A stretch of DNA of 62,983 nucleotides, filler included, from Halocafeteria seosinensis (taxonomy: Eukaryota), in the NCBI GenBank assembly GCA_001687465.1. It is 9 parts of 9 records of this genome, joined end to end, with 100 filler letters (N's around TTAATTAATTAA, not from the genome) between each part and the next. Parts side by side here need not be neighbours in the genome. Positions count along the whole stretch, not along the records: positions 52,244 to 57,590 come from LVLI01000046.1; positions 57,691 to 62,983 come from LVLI01000048.1; 7 more parts are not named here. One strand, written 5' to 3'. The position numbers were made by a program, and so were the translations under genes. This document shows positions 52,144-62,433 of the stretch, one piece after another (position 1 is the stretch's first letter; every line of letters starts with the position of its first letter). The notes beneath the pieces are model-generated. The model ran no database searches, had not been told where the DNA came from, and saw only the letters and a list, made by a program, of their open reading frames with translations.

Positions 52144-53056
52144 NNNNNNNNNNNNNNNNNNNNNNNNNNNNNNNNNNNNNNNNNNNNTTAATTAATTAAN
52201 NNNNNNNNNNNNNNNNNNNNNNNNNNNNNNNNNNNNNNNNNNNGCCATTTCAGGATTACTAGCGACGTTTAGCATGGAAGAAGATGACACTGTGCCTGCT
52301 CACTCGGCAAATCGTGTTCTCGACCCCCTTGGCATTCTTCACTTCGAAGGAACTGTAGTTCCCGGACTGCTGTCCGGGATGGATGGAGATGAAAGTATAG
52401 TCTAGTCTGCTCAACACTAACAAGGAGTGTGCATTGACATTCTTGCCGTCGTTGGAATCATGTAGGGAATCATACTGCAGTACACACTATCTGCCAAGAA
52501 CGATAAACGTTGTGGGACAGATGCACTTCGATACACAGTGCGCAACCCGGCCGATGTGGAGCCGAGTCCACTATAACACAGGTGTGCATGTAACGCCGCT
52601 TTTCAATCATTGGATGAATATACAACTGTGGGGACTGGATAGTGACGACAAATGTTTGGTCACTCGCGGTTTATCAAGGATGAAAAAGTGATTGCGTCCG
52701 GCCAGACTTCAAACGGAAAGCAGATTTCATGATCCAACGCTTCGTATCAACGAGCGAGTGAATGAGGATGAGTAGCAGGCATCTGTCATTGAGGCCAGTC
52801 GAACAAGCATATGTTTGCTGAGAAGTCGTATCTTAGCTACAGAAGCTCACGTCCTCCAAACTAGAAAGCTCCAATTGCTCAATTCCTGGCATCAATGTAT
52901 GGATGGTGTGGATACATGGATTATAAGGGAGCTGGGAATTGTGGGGGAGCTACAAGGAGCGTCTACGACTTATGCAGCAATTTTGTGTCCATTTCATTCA
53001 TCGCAGGGTATACATTGTTCTCATTCTCATACATTCCGTAGGAATCAGTCGACACA

Positions 53057-54315
53057 ATGGCGTATAAGAGCGTGAAATCTGATATATGGCGCCATTTTTC
53101 CCCGAGCACCGAGAGGGAAGCCAACTCGCGGCGTTTTCTATACGCACATTGCCTGCATTGCGGTGAGAAAATCCAACCAGCTAAAACGGAGAGTACTTTG
53201 CCGGTATGTAGACGGAAAAGCTGCCCGAACGTGTGGAAGAAACGATCACAAATTGGCGATTCTTCGACGACATACAAACTGTATTGTCTGTGTGCGCTCC
53301 TATTGCAGAATCTATATGTCGATTAGAACAAAGGAAGTCGACCTTGGCGGACTGTTTAATCGAAATATTGCGGATTGTTTACCGGTTACAAAGGAAGCAG
53401 AAAACCCTGGATCAGGACTTTTTATCCCATGTCAAAAAGGTTGTAAATTTACGATACAACCAATACGTTACAGGCTATCACGAGCTCGCATTGTATTTGC
53501 ATCCCTCCGGCAAGGATCTGTTCCACAGCAGTTCCGTTAAAAACAGCAATGGTATTTTGTCTACATTGATTCCTACTATGAAGAAGTGGAGGTACACAGA
53601 AGATCGCGCCACCAAGGTGGTTGAGCAATTGCAAGAGTACGAAAAAGAGCTCTCCAACTTTAGCTCGTCTGCTCCTCCGGATGACACATACCTATGGTGG
53701 AAGCGAATGAGGCCTCTACCTGAAAATGAATTGCTGAGATCATTCTCCTTGAGGCTATTAGCGATAACTCCCACCGCTGTGGAAGCAGAGAAACTGTTTG
53801 CTAGCTTAACTTGTATAAATACGAAGCGGAGAGGCCGTATGTCCGCCGGAACGCTGAAGCAGCTTGGACAGATAAAAACATACTTCCGATCGGACAAGAC
53901 GGTAAGTCTCTCCAAAGCGAAGAAAGAGATCAAAACAGAGCAGACAGAAGAGAACTCGACTGGAGAATCTGACAACGGAGGGGATAATGATTCCGACGAA
54001 ACTGTACTTGAGGCTTCCGCCGACCATGACTTTGAAAGAATGCTGCATGAAATGGACCCTGAGGACTTCAGCGAGTGGGATGTTGGTGTGAGCGTCAATG
54101 ATGTCTTAGAGACTATAGATGCGCAGGATACTGAATCGTCAGAATTCATCCCGGCCAAGCACTTCGATCTAAGTCATCCAATGATTTCAGGGAGAAATCG
54201 CGGTAGTGGAGGAGATGCAGCATCAGCCTCCACTCCCGTAGATCAGAGCGCAGAAGCCGAGTCATCGAAGGAGTGGAGCGCTGAAGACCTCCTCAGCAAA
54301 CTAGAAAACAAATAA
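53057..54315 (+). mobile_element. internally deleted hAT transposase (BED finger abutting C-terminal domain)
   Basis: SDIWRHF...CLHCG BED finger; ALYLHP and WWK...LRLLAITPTAVEAEKLFAS...RRGRM hATC motif; catalytic middle absent. Confidence 0.8.
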
Positions 54316-55299
54316 TACAGGGTAAGACACAAATCATTTCCATTATTAGCGCATAACAGGCCCTTCTAACATACATCAAGTTTGTAGCCGTTGCAAACTG
54401 TACCTGCTTGTACCCAGGTACGGTACGGAAGCCGGGGGTGGTGGTTGGGTACGGTGCACCTTAAGGCCGTACCTGACAGTTTAGCCGTGCTCTCGCTCTC
54501 AGGAGGAGGAGGAGGAGTGGGGTTATGGGGCTGCAGGAAGTGTCGTGAGTGCTCTAAAGGGGGCGCGGGGTTGGATGGTTCCGGGCTGGAATTGCTTTGT
54601 AGCTGAATGTGGCACACATCGTGGCTGATATGCAAAGCAGCTGAAGCATGCTACGCTCTTGGAATGGAACGAGACGGGCAGCAGCATTCTTCCTACGGTT
54701 CCCCGATGTCCTTTTATGCGCATCCATGAGGTTTTCCCCGGTTTCTCAGCCCCTATAGATATTTTGCTCCTACTTTAGTGTAGCTCTCATATTCATGGAA
54801 TACACCGCTCACGAGCCCGTTGTTATGGCAGGGAATCTCTCCTATGGCGGACTGTCCCCGTGTAATGGCTGTCATAAATTTCTGCCACAAATTGTGAACG
54901 TTCCATTGTTTGCCATACCGGTTTGTGTGTGTAGGACAAAGTCCTAGAATTTTACAAAGTGTGGCTAAATCAAAAAATACCGGTACTGTACGTGCGCGTG
55001 ATTCTTCGACGACGGCGATAAAAAATGCGTTAGGTACAACAGTAGTACAGTATGAGACCTATTCCAGAAGAAGAGGAGGTACTATTATGTTTAATACAGT
55101 GATAAACAATAGGGTGGTTCCCTCGAATTTACGCAGCGAGGCCGTATAGAATGGAGACCTGATGGACGTCTCAGTCTTGTCTCTGAAATCTGAGCTGCTA
55201 ACCAGTTGATAAGATACAGTAGTCTACTTCTTCTGCCTCTACCTCGCCGTATGCCGCGTTGGGGTTGAGAAAACGAGGGTCCACGGACCGCGGTACAAA

Positions 55300-56300
55300 G
55301 AAGGCTCGGAGGAGGAAATCTTGGACCGACTGAAGGTTCTTCACCCTGCCGGAGAGTCATTAGACCCACTCCCCTTCAACATGGGTGCACAAGTGCAGCT
55401 AACGGAGCAACAACTACCAACGCCTCGCCATCAACAAAGGCAAGCCATCGTCCTCGCCCGGTCCTTCTGGCATCACGTACCCTCAGCTCCGGCAGCTCAC
55501 AGCGAGCAAAGCTGGAATGTCCTGGGTTCTTGATCTGGTGAGTTCAATCCTAAGAGGTGAGTCGCATCCTGACAACAAGGGACTCAGAGACGCCAAACTA
55601 GTCGCATTAGGCAAGCCCGATGGCTCCGTGCTCCGTGCGCCCAATAGCAATCGGTGAGACCATATACAGAGCCATGAACCGCGCGGCCCTGAGCAAGGTG
55701 ATGGAGCAGTGCCGGGAAGGCCTTGCCCCTTTGCAGCTAGGAGTTGGCTTCAGCAATGGATGTGATTACAGTACATTATCCACTCCATCCGCCATCGCCT
55801 GGACCACAACCTCCAGGACACGCTTCTCAGCGTGGACTGCTCCAACGCGTTTAACTGCATTAAGAAGGAGAAGGTACTGGACGCGGTCCCCAGAGTGCGA
55901 TGGCGGGCCACGTTTGTTGGACATCCTCAAGGACATCCTGCAATCCGAGGCAAAAAAGGTTGCCTCCGATAGCGCAGCCTTGTTTTGTTCCAGAACTGCT
56001 CATGACGCTGTTTCCGTTCCACGTAAGTGTAGATGGGGAACCATATGCCCAAGCAGCGAGCCCCATGAGGGCAGGAACTTTCTTTGCATACATGGATGAC
56101 ATTCACATAGTCGGACCCAACGATGACTGTCTCGCAGCACTTGGCAAGCTGTGCGACCTCCTGGAGCAAGTCGGGCTGTCGGTCAACAGGGCCAAGTGCA
56201 AGGCCCTAGTTGGCGGAATCCCCGAGGAAGAGGCCTGGAAAAACTCACTAAGCTCTGTTGCTGTGAGGGGTGATGACATAGGACTGGTTGTTCTGGGACG
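55300..56300 (+). pseudogene. CRE-like non-LTR reverse transcriptase, frameshifted
   Basis: LKVLHP, SPGPSG, LVALGKPDGS.RPIAIGE, PLQLGVG, DCSNAFN, AYMDD and GLSVNRAKC motifs; a 7-bp duplication near 55625 and other frame breaks. Confidence 0.85.
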
Positions 56301-56544
56301 ACGAAGATGTGACTGATGGCCCACCGCCGGCCACCGGCAGCTGGGTGTTAGCCACTACACTTAGGTAGCAGCTGAGGCCCGCTGTTCCACTAGGAGAGAG
56401 GCAGCATAAACGAGTGACTTCAAAGCATTGACGCAGACCCGAACTTCAGTATCCGTTTCCGTCACTTGGCGAACGTCGCAACAATATCACTAGCGATGAG
56501 AGCACTTCCGTTTAACATCGCGTCCATGGGACCTCCGCATGGCT

Positions 56545-57165
56545 AGCTAGCAGTTCATTGCTTAATAGGATTGGGAGGATATTGTTGTTAGTTTCCTCTT
56601 GCACGTATAAGTCAATTCGTGTAACTTGCTCTTCGGCTGTTCTCGAATCCGAATTCCACCCGAGATGTGCTGTCCGTCTCAGTTCTTCGTCCCTCTTCTC
56701 TTCTGGCTCTCGATCCCCCTTCCCCATTGGTGTCTTCCCAACGTTCCATTCCGTCTCGTCCTTACTCACCCGTCTTGACACAGTCGCTTGACTTGCTAGC
56801 AGTTCATTGCTTAATAGGATTGGGAGGATATTGTTGTTAGTTTCCTCTTGCACGTATAAGTCAATTCGTGTAGCCTGCTCTTCGGCTGTTCTCGAATCCG
56901 AAATCCACCCGAGACGTGCTGTCCGTCTCAGTTCTTCGTCTCTCTTCTCTCGTGGCTCTCGTTCCCCCTTCCCCATTGGTGTCTTCCCAACGTTCCATTC
57001 CGTCTCGTCCTTCCTCCCCCGTCTCGACACAGCCGCTTGACTTGCTAGCAGTTCATTGCTTAATAGGATTGGGAGGATATTGTTGTTAGTTTCCTCTTGC
57101 ACGTATAAGCCAATTCGTGTAACTTGCTCTTCGGCTGTTCTCGAATCCGGATTCCACCGGAGATG
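56545..57165. repeat. 249-bp tandem repeat, about 2.5 copies (open as 83-aa repeats in ORF 56512-57228, - strand)
   Basis: agttcattgcttaatagg at 56552, 56801 and 57050. Confidence 0.92.
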
Positions 57166-57423
57166 ATCCATCTTCGTCGCTACCTCTGGTCGAGAATTGA
57201 TGGACTTCGTTCTCGAAAGTCGTTCCATCCCTGCGCTGGTGTTTCCTCTAGCGCGCGCTTTGTGTCCCCTTTTGTTGTTTTTCCTTCTGAATCAGCTTGC
57301 GTGGCTCGCTCCGACCGCGATCCCCAAAGCTTTATTACGAACAATGGTTTTAAACTTTGAGGGAACGGTAGGTAGATGTCCAACGCCCTACCGTATGGGG
57401 CGTCTTGGGCGGCCAAGTTGGGC

Positions 57424-57590
57424 CACACACACAAATGTGACAGATAGCCCACCGGCCGGGAAGTTGACCACATCCTCTTAACGAGGAGCGGTAAGCGCCC
57501 GTGTTAAGCAGCGACGGGCCCGCTGTTCCTGCAGCCTTGCTGACATGCGCCGTGAGGGAACACAGCACTGGTAAAGCTCAGGAGGCATCG
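57424..57590 (+). mobile_element. third copy of putative retrotransposon 5' end
   Basis: reverse complement of 4728-4894. Confidence 0.6.
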
Positions 57591-57697
57591 NNNNNNNNNN
57601 NNNNNNNNNNNNNNNNNNNNNNNNNNNNNNNNNNTTAATTAATTAANNNNNNNNNNNNNNNNNNNNNNNNNNNNNNNNNNNNNNNNNNNNAATATCT

Positions 57698-58748
57698 ATG
57701 AGGGAACTTGAGAAACTAAGAAGTCTAAGTGAATCGTTAATAAGCCGAATCTTAGAGGCTAAGAATTCTCAACTAGCAACGTCAAACAAGCCTAAGTTCA
57801 GATTAATTTTAATGTTTTATATGCTGGTACTAACGCTAATTAGAACAGAGAATAACACGAAGACGGATAGAAAACGAATAGTTTCAGTCTTTATTCAGAA
57901 TCTAGTAGAAAGCAACCTTGGACAATTAGCAACCGAATTTGGTAATATGCTTCAGTATTCTAGGCTAAGTAACGAAACTGAAAAAAATAATTACAAGTCT
58001 ATCATCATCAGACGAACCGAAAAAACAGAAAAAAGAACCGAAGAAAAAGAAAAAGGACACTCCGGTTAGAGAGATAACTTTTGAAGATGAAACAACACCT
58101 AAGACTCCTAAATTATCTAAGAAAGAGAGGGCATTAAAGAAGCTAGAGGATGGAGAACGTCTGACTAAAGCAGAGTTCAAAGACGTGACTAAAGACGACC
58201 TACAAAACCTAGCTGTAGACCTAGGTATGGATACAGCCGGTAACAAGCAAGATATCATTAATAGAATATTAACAAGAAACCAACGAACACCCGATAATAG
58301 TAGTTCAGCTGTACCACCAACAACCGAAGGATTTCGTACAGCTAGAGATGGAACTGACGAAGATATACCACCATTGGAAGATGAACAGCAAGACGGCGAT
58401 GGTAATGTCGTAACAGGTAGTGGAAGAGGACACCAGAACGTTCAAAATATGGTAAATTTAATTAAACAGGCTAAGAAGAAGAGACGAGCAGGTGGAGCTA
58501 AAAATCCTTTTAAAGAAATTAAGAAAGGAATAGACTTTTTCAAGAAGCTAGGAAAGAAAGGTAATACTAAGAATAATGTAGGTAATGACCATTTTGACGA
58601 CGAAACCATTGATGGTTTATTGCTAGCTACACCCGAGGAGAAGCGAAAACTGAAGAAACAGCAACAAAAGAGAAAAAAGAAAGGTAAGGGTAAAGGAGGA
58701 CAGAAGAAACAAGTAGCCCAAGAGAAACTTAAAAAAAAGCTTAGATAA
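57698..58748 (+). CDS. Lys-rich SAP-domain protein; two ORFs (57698-58069, 58185-58748) joined by removing one A in the run at 57981-57987
   Basis: TKDDLQNLAVDLGMDTAGNKQDIINRI matches a SAP motif; the downstream frame is open from the A7 run. Confidence 0.6.
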
Positions 58749-58772
58749 GAATATAAACTAACAAACCGAGTA

Positions 58773-58928
58773 ATGGAGGTAGTAACATACATTATGATAT
58801 GTCTTTCAAGTATTATAGCAACCGGAGGACCTGTATTATACAAATACATACGAAAATCTCGTTGCCAGAGTCAATGTTCACATGACGGTCAGAAATGCGA
58901 TTGTAAAAAATCAGCGGATACTGTATAA
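58773..58928 (+). CDS. 51-aa single-pass membrane protein with Cys-rich tail
   Basis: MEVVTYIMICLSSIIATGGPVLYKYIRKSRCQSQCSHDGQKCDCKKSADTV fills the space between neighbouring ORFs; below the ORF-track cutoff. Confidence 0.6.
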   Translation: MEVVTYIMICLSSIIATGGPVLYKYIRKSRCQSQCSHDGQKCDCKKSADTV

Positions 58929-58933
58929 GAAGA

Positions 58934-59488
58934 ATGAAGATAGACAAGGCTGAAATAAATAGGTTAATGAACATAGCACTGAGTGAATCTCAGTTACAGG
59001 AATATACCCCTCATAAAGTACCGATAATTAGTTACAATCAGATTTATGATAAGACGATTCCTGCGTGGTTAAAGCCAGAGAAAGCATTGATAATGTTATA
59101 TTTACAAGAAGCAAGCGTGGGGCATTGGACGTGCTTAATAGAACATCCAAACACGTTTGAATATTTTGATAGCTACGGACACGCACCCGACGAACCATTG
59201 ACTTGGAATTCAGAAGCTAAGAATATTCAGCTAGGGCAACCTTCACCTTATATATTGGATAGCATCCCTACATTATCTAAGCCATTGATTTATAATGACA
59301 AAGTACTTCAATTGAAGAAGAATTGTAGTCAGACCTGCGGTAGGTACGTTTTACTGCGGGTAGTATTAAAAGACTTGACACTTGAGGAGTTCATTAACTA
59401 TTTAAAGTATGTAAGAGACGAATATGACCTGAAGAACTTTGATAGAACAGTGAGCTTTTTAACAAGTGAACTTGACGAACAACAATGA
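58934..59488 (+). CDS. adenain-like (clan CE) viral maturation cysteine protease, virophage type
   Basis: GHWTCL (His), EYFDSYG (Asp), PD..L.W.....N..LGQ and LQ......TCGRY (oxyanion Gln, Cys). Confidence 0.85.
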   Translation: MKIDKAEINRLMNIALSESQLQEYTPHKVPIISYNQIYDKTIPAWLKPEKALIMLYLQEASVGHWTCLIEHPNTFEYFDSYGHAPDEPLTWNSEAKNIQLGQPSPYILDSIPTLSKPLIYNDKVLQLKKNCSQTCGRYVLLRVVLKDLTLEEFINYLKYVRDEYDLKNFDRTVSFLTSELDEQQ

Positions 59489-59647
59489 ACTTCAACTATG
59501 GGGACGGCACCTATATAGATAATAGCTCATTCCAAAGATAATGATTTTCTGGTAGACGGTGGGTTGAGCCGATGGAAGTTCAACAAGAACTCTACCAGAA
59601 AGACGGGGGTTCGGACCTCCGTAACGAGTGTTGGTTTTTTAGGGGAT

Positions 59648-59827
59648 AACCAACCAATTAATATAATTGGTTGGTTGGTGATTCGTCAGAGAGAGTCGCT
59701 CTCAACCAACCAATTAATATAATTGGTTGGTTGGTGATTCGTCAGAGAGAAAGGGGGACTGTTAAGGGGAGACTCTGACAGACAAGGAGGATTGCCAACC
59801 AACCAATTAATATAATTGGTTGGTTGG
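59648..59827. repeat. three copies of a perfect hairpin AACCAACCAATTA-ATA-TAATTGGTTGGTT
   Basis: copies at 59648-59676, 59703-59733 and 59795-59827; stems 13-15 bp, 3-nt loop. Confidence 0.95.
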
Positions 59828-60122
59828 TGATTTGACCAAAGTTGAAGTTGCCAAGTTGAACCTACGAGTGTTGGTCACCAGAAACGATGGATACACAAAG
59901 GAGGAATCCATATATCCGACCATTAGTCCTAATGATAAGGTTAAGAATTCTGGAATAACAAACTTAATGAAAGAGCAGTTAGGGTACACACCACAAAGGA
60001 CAAATGCGTTACTCAAAAATCAATATAGATTACAGGAAATCAATACCAAAGGAGTAAGGTTTAGAACCGGTCTAAAGGTAAAAGAACAGAATGATGATAT
60101 AGATAATTTTTAAATTACGGTA

Positions 60123-60369
60123 GCAACAGAAAATTATAATTCTGTTGCCACCCTGTATAACAAGGGGAAAAACATCTATCATATAGGGACGCAACAAAAA
60201 CAAAAAATTTGGGGGGTCCTACCATTATAAAACATAAAGTGGATATACTCTCTTTTAGTTTTACAATGATACAATATATATAAATTTTTTGTTGTTTTTG
60301 TTGTTTTTGTTGTAATTAGGGATTATATCGCAATTATACAGCGCAACAAAAAATTTATTTTTTGTTGCG
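60123..60369. terminator. hairpins between convergent viral ORFs
   Basis: GCAACAGAA/TTCTGTTGC at 60123-60148 and CGCAACAAAAAA/TTTTTTGTTGCG at 60342-60369, between stops at 60113 (+) and 60424 (-). Confidence 0.5.
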
Positions 60370-60423
60370 AAATTATAATTTCTGTTGCGATAGGTATAAT
60401 AGAGGTTAAAAAAAATGATGTAA

Positions 60424-60885
60424 TTAAGTATTCAAGTTACCGTTTTTTTTATGTTCTATGAATGAATAAATTTGCTTAATTGAAGAAGGAATAAAGTTAA
60501 AATAGACCGTATTTCTAGATAGTTTATATTTAAAACCCAATGCTAGAGATACGATAATGAAAGACCTTTCACATATATATCTATTAGTCTTATACATAAC
60601 ATCAATCCAATTTTCTACTAGAGTTTTCATAAGGTAGGAATTATTTAAGGGGTGAGGGGTTGTAGGTGGAAAATTCCTCCGAGGGATGTAGGTTTGCTTA
60701 AAGAAGCGAAGAACATTGACCATTTCTATAAGTGTATGATTTTTAGGTTCTGGAACAGAAAAATCAGGGCTACATTTAATTACTTCAAGGATATTCGTAG
60801 GAAAATTAGCAGATTCCTTGAAAGCTGTTCTAGCCCATTCTAGTTCTTCTTCAGTTGGTTCAAGAGGGGGGAGTGAAAGGTTCAT
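60424..60885 (-). CDS. viral hypothetical protein
   Basis: 153-aa intronless ORF in AT-rich DNA with SY.MK..VE...YI....FI.....GF...N.YFN pattern; AAAATTGA upstream. Confidence 0.7.
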   Translation of the reverse strand: MNLSLPPLEPTEEELEWARTAFKESANFPTNILEVIKCSPDFSVPEPKNHTLIEMVNVLRFFKQTYIPRRNFPPTTPHPLNNSYLMKTLVENWIDVMYKTNRYICERSFIIVSLALGFKYKLSRNTVYFNFIPSSIKQIYSFIEHKKNGNLNT

Positions 60886-60922
60886 TTTATTATATTATTA
60901 TTTAAATAACAAAATAACAAAA

Positions 60923-60930
60923 TCAATTTT
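60923..60930 (-). promoter_or_regulatory. AAAATTGA (Mimiviridae early-promoter consensus)
   Basis: exact octamer on the coding strand, ending 38 nt upstream of ATG 60885. Confidence 0.6.
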
Positions 60931-61300
60931 TTATTTAAATACAAACTAAATTATTACTAATAGGGTACGAAAATTAGACCGACAATTTAGCGATGAATTA
61001 CATTGAAAATTACACCGACAATTTAGCAATGAATTACATTGAAAATTACATTGAAAATTACACTGAAAATTACACATATAATTTAGCTTATAGCCGGCAT
61101 TTTTTATTATTTTTTATTAAATAAATCCGGCATTTTATATTAAAATCCGGCATAAATTATTATATACTGGTTAAAATGCCCTATCACCCGCTCAATTGAT
61201 TTCACGTTGGCGGGTGATATATGTTTTGTATAAAATTTAAACGCGGTTAATAATTAAAAGATGTTCAGCGACATAGTAAATTTAGGAAGGAAGAAAATTA

Positions 61301-61750
61301 GAGACTTAAATTCATCATATTATAAGGAAAATGTGAAATTCAAGTCTCAAAAATTCCAGAAGAAATAATTAATGATAATAACGTTTTTGGAGTGAAAAAA
61401 AATAGCGCCTCAAAATCAACATATTTAAGGGAAAATGTGAAATTCAAGTCTCTAAATTTCTAAAAACCCATAAAAATAAAAAATAATAAAAATCAAGATT
61501 TTTATTGCGGCTTAAATTCAACATCTTTAAGGGATAATGTGAAATTCAAGTCTCAAAAATTCAAGAAGAAATAATTAATGATAATAACGTTTTTAGGAAG
61601 GACAAAAAAGAAAGACTTAAAATCAACATCTTTTAAGGAAAATGTGAAATTCAAGTCTCAAAAAAATAAAGAACTGGTTTTAGGAAGGAAGAAAAAGAAA
61701 GACTTAAATTCAACATATTTAAGGGAAAATGTGAAATTCAAGCCTCAAAA
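61301..61750. repeat. array of five imperfect palindromic units sharing AATGTGAAATTCAAGYCTC
   Basis: cores at about 61330, 61434, 61536, 61641 and 61728. Confidence 0.88.
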
Positions 61751-61876
61751 AGAGAAAAAGAAAAGAGAAGTGAAAGAAGGAAAAACATTATTTTTTGAAA
61801 GAAACAAAAAATAAGGAATTATAATAAATGATGTAAAATAGAATGAAGATTAGATTTATAATTAGTAAAAGCGCCT

Positions 61877-62263
61877 CTAAAGAATGTTAAAATAAATTAA
61901 ACCATATCGTGAATATAATCTTCGTTCTTCTACACTGGCCATAGCAGAGCCCTTCAGCCTATCATTCGCACCGGTATTTTTATACAACCATAATTTAGGC
62001 CCTTCAGCGGTATATCCTCGTAAATGGACACTTGAAACATCATTACTGTTTTGTAAATGTTCCAGTTTAACAGGAGCGTAAGTAATCTTAACTACAGAAT
62101 GCATAGGGTCTTTAGCAGCTTCAAAAGAAGGATTAGCAGCATTAGTTCTATCCTTACCAGTTCCACTAAAAACATCATCAATAGCTTCACGGGAGCCGTT
62201 AGAATGATTTACAATAAATAGACTTCCTCCGTCATCTTGAAGCATTAAATAATCACCAGCCAC
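61877..62263 (-). CDS. viral hypothetical protein fragment
   Basis: 128-codon open frame without an ATG at its start; no recognised motif. Confidence 0.4.
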   Translation of the reverse strand: MAGDYLMLQDDGGSLFIVNHSNGSREAIDDVFSGTGKDRTNAANPSFEAAKDPMHSVVKITYAPVKLEHLQNSNDVSSVHLRGYTAEGPKLWLYKNTGANDRLKGSAMASVEERRLYSRYGLIYFNIL

Positions 62264-62433
62264 GTTTGTATCTTACAGTAATTCATTAGGTAGCTGTATT
62301 GCATTTATGAAATTGATGGATGCCGCAAAGTGGACATACATTTAGAATGTGTTGTATTCACCGTCATCAAAACTCCATCAAAACAAAAACGATTTTATTT
62401 TTTTGTTGGTGATAAATAAATAAAATCATTCAA

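Noticed and set aside
57424..57590. Canonical HDV-like, hammerhead, twister or hairpin ribozyme
   Set aside because: Could not fit the required cores (nested double pseudoknot, CUGANGA/GAAA, loop A/B consensus) by eye on either strand.
61301..61750. CRISPR-like array
   Set aside because: Repeats are degenerate, spacers vary in length and partly repeat each other, and there are no cas genes; the context is eukaryotic or viral.
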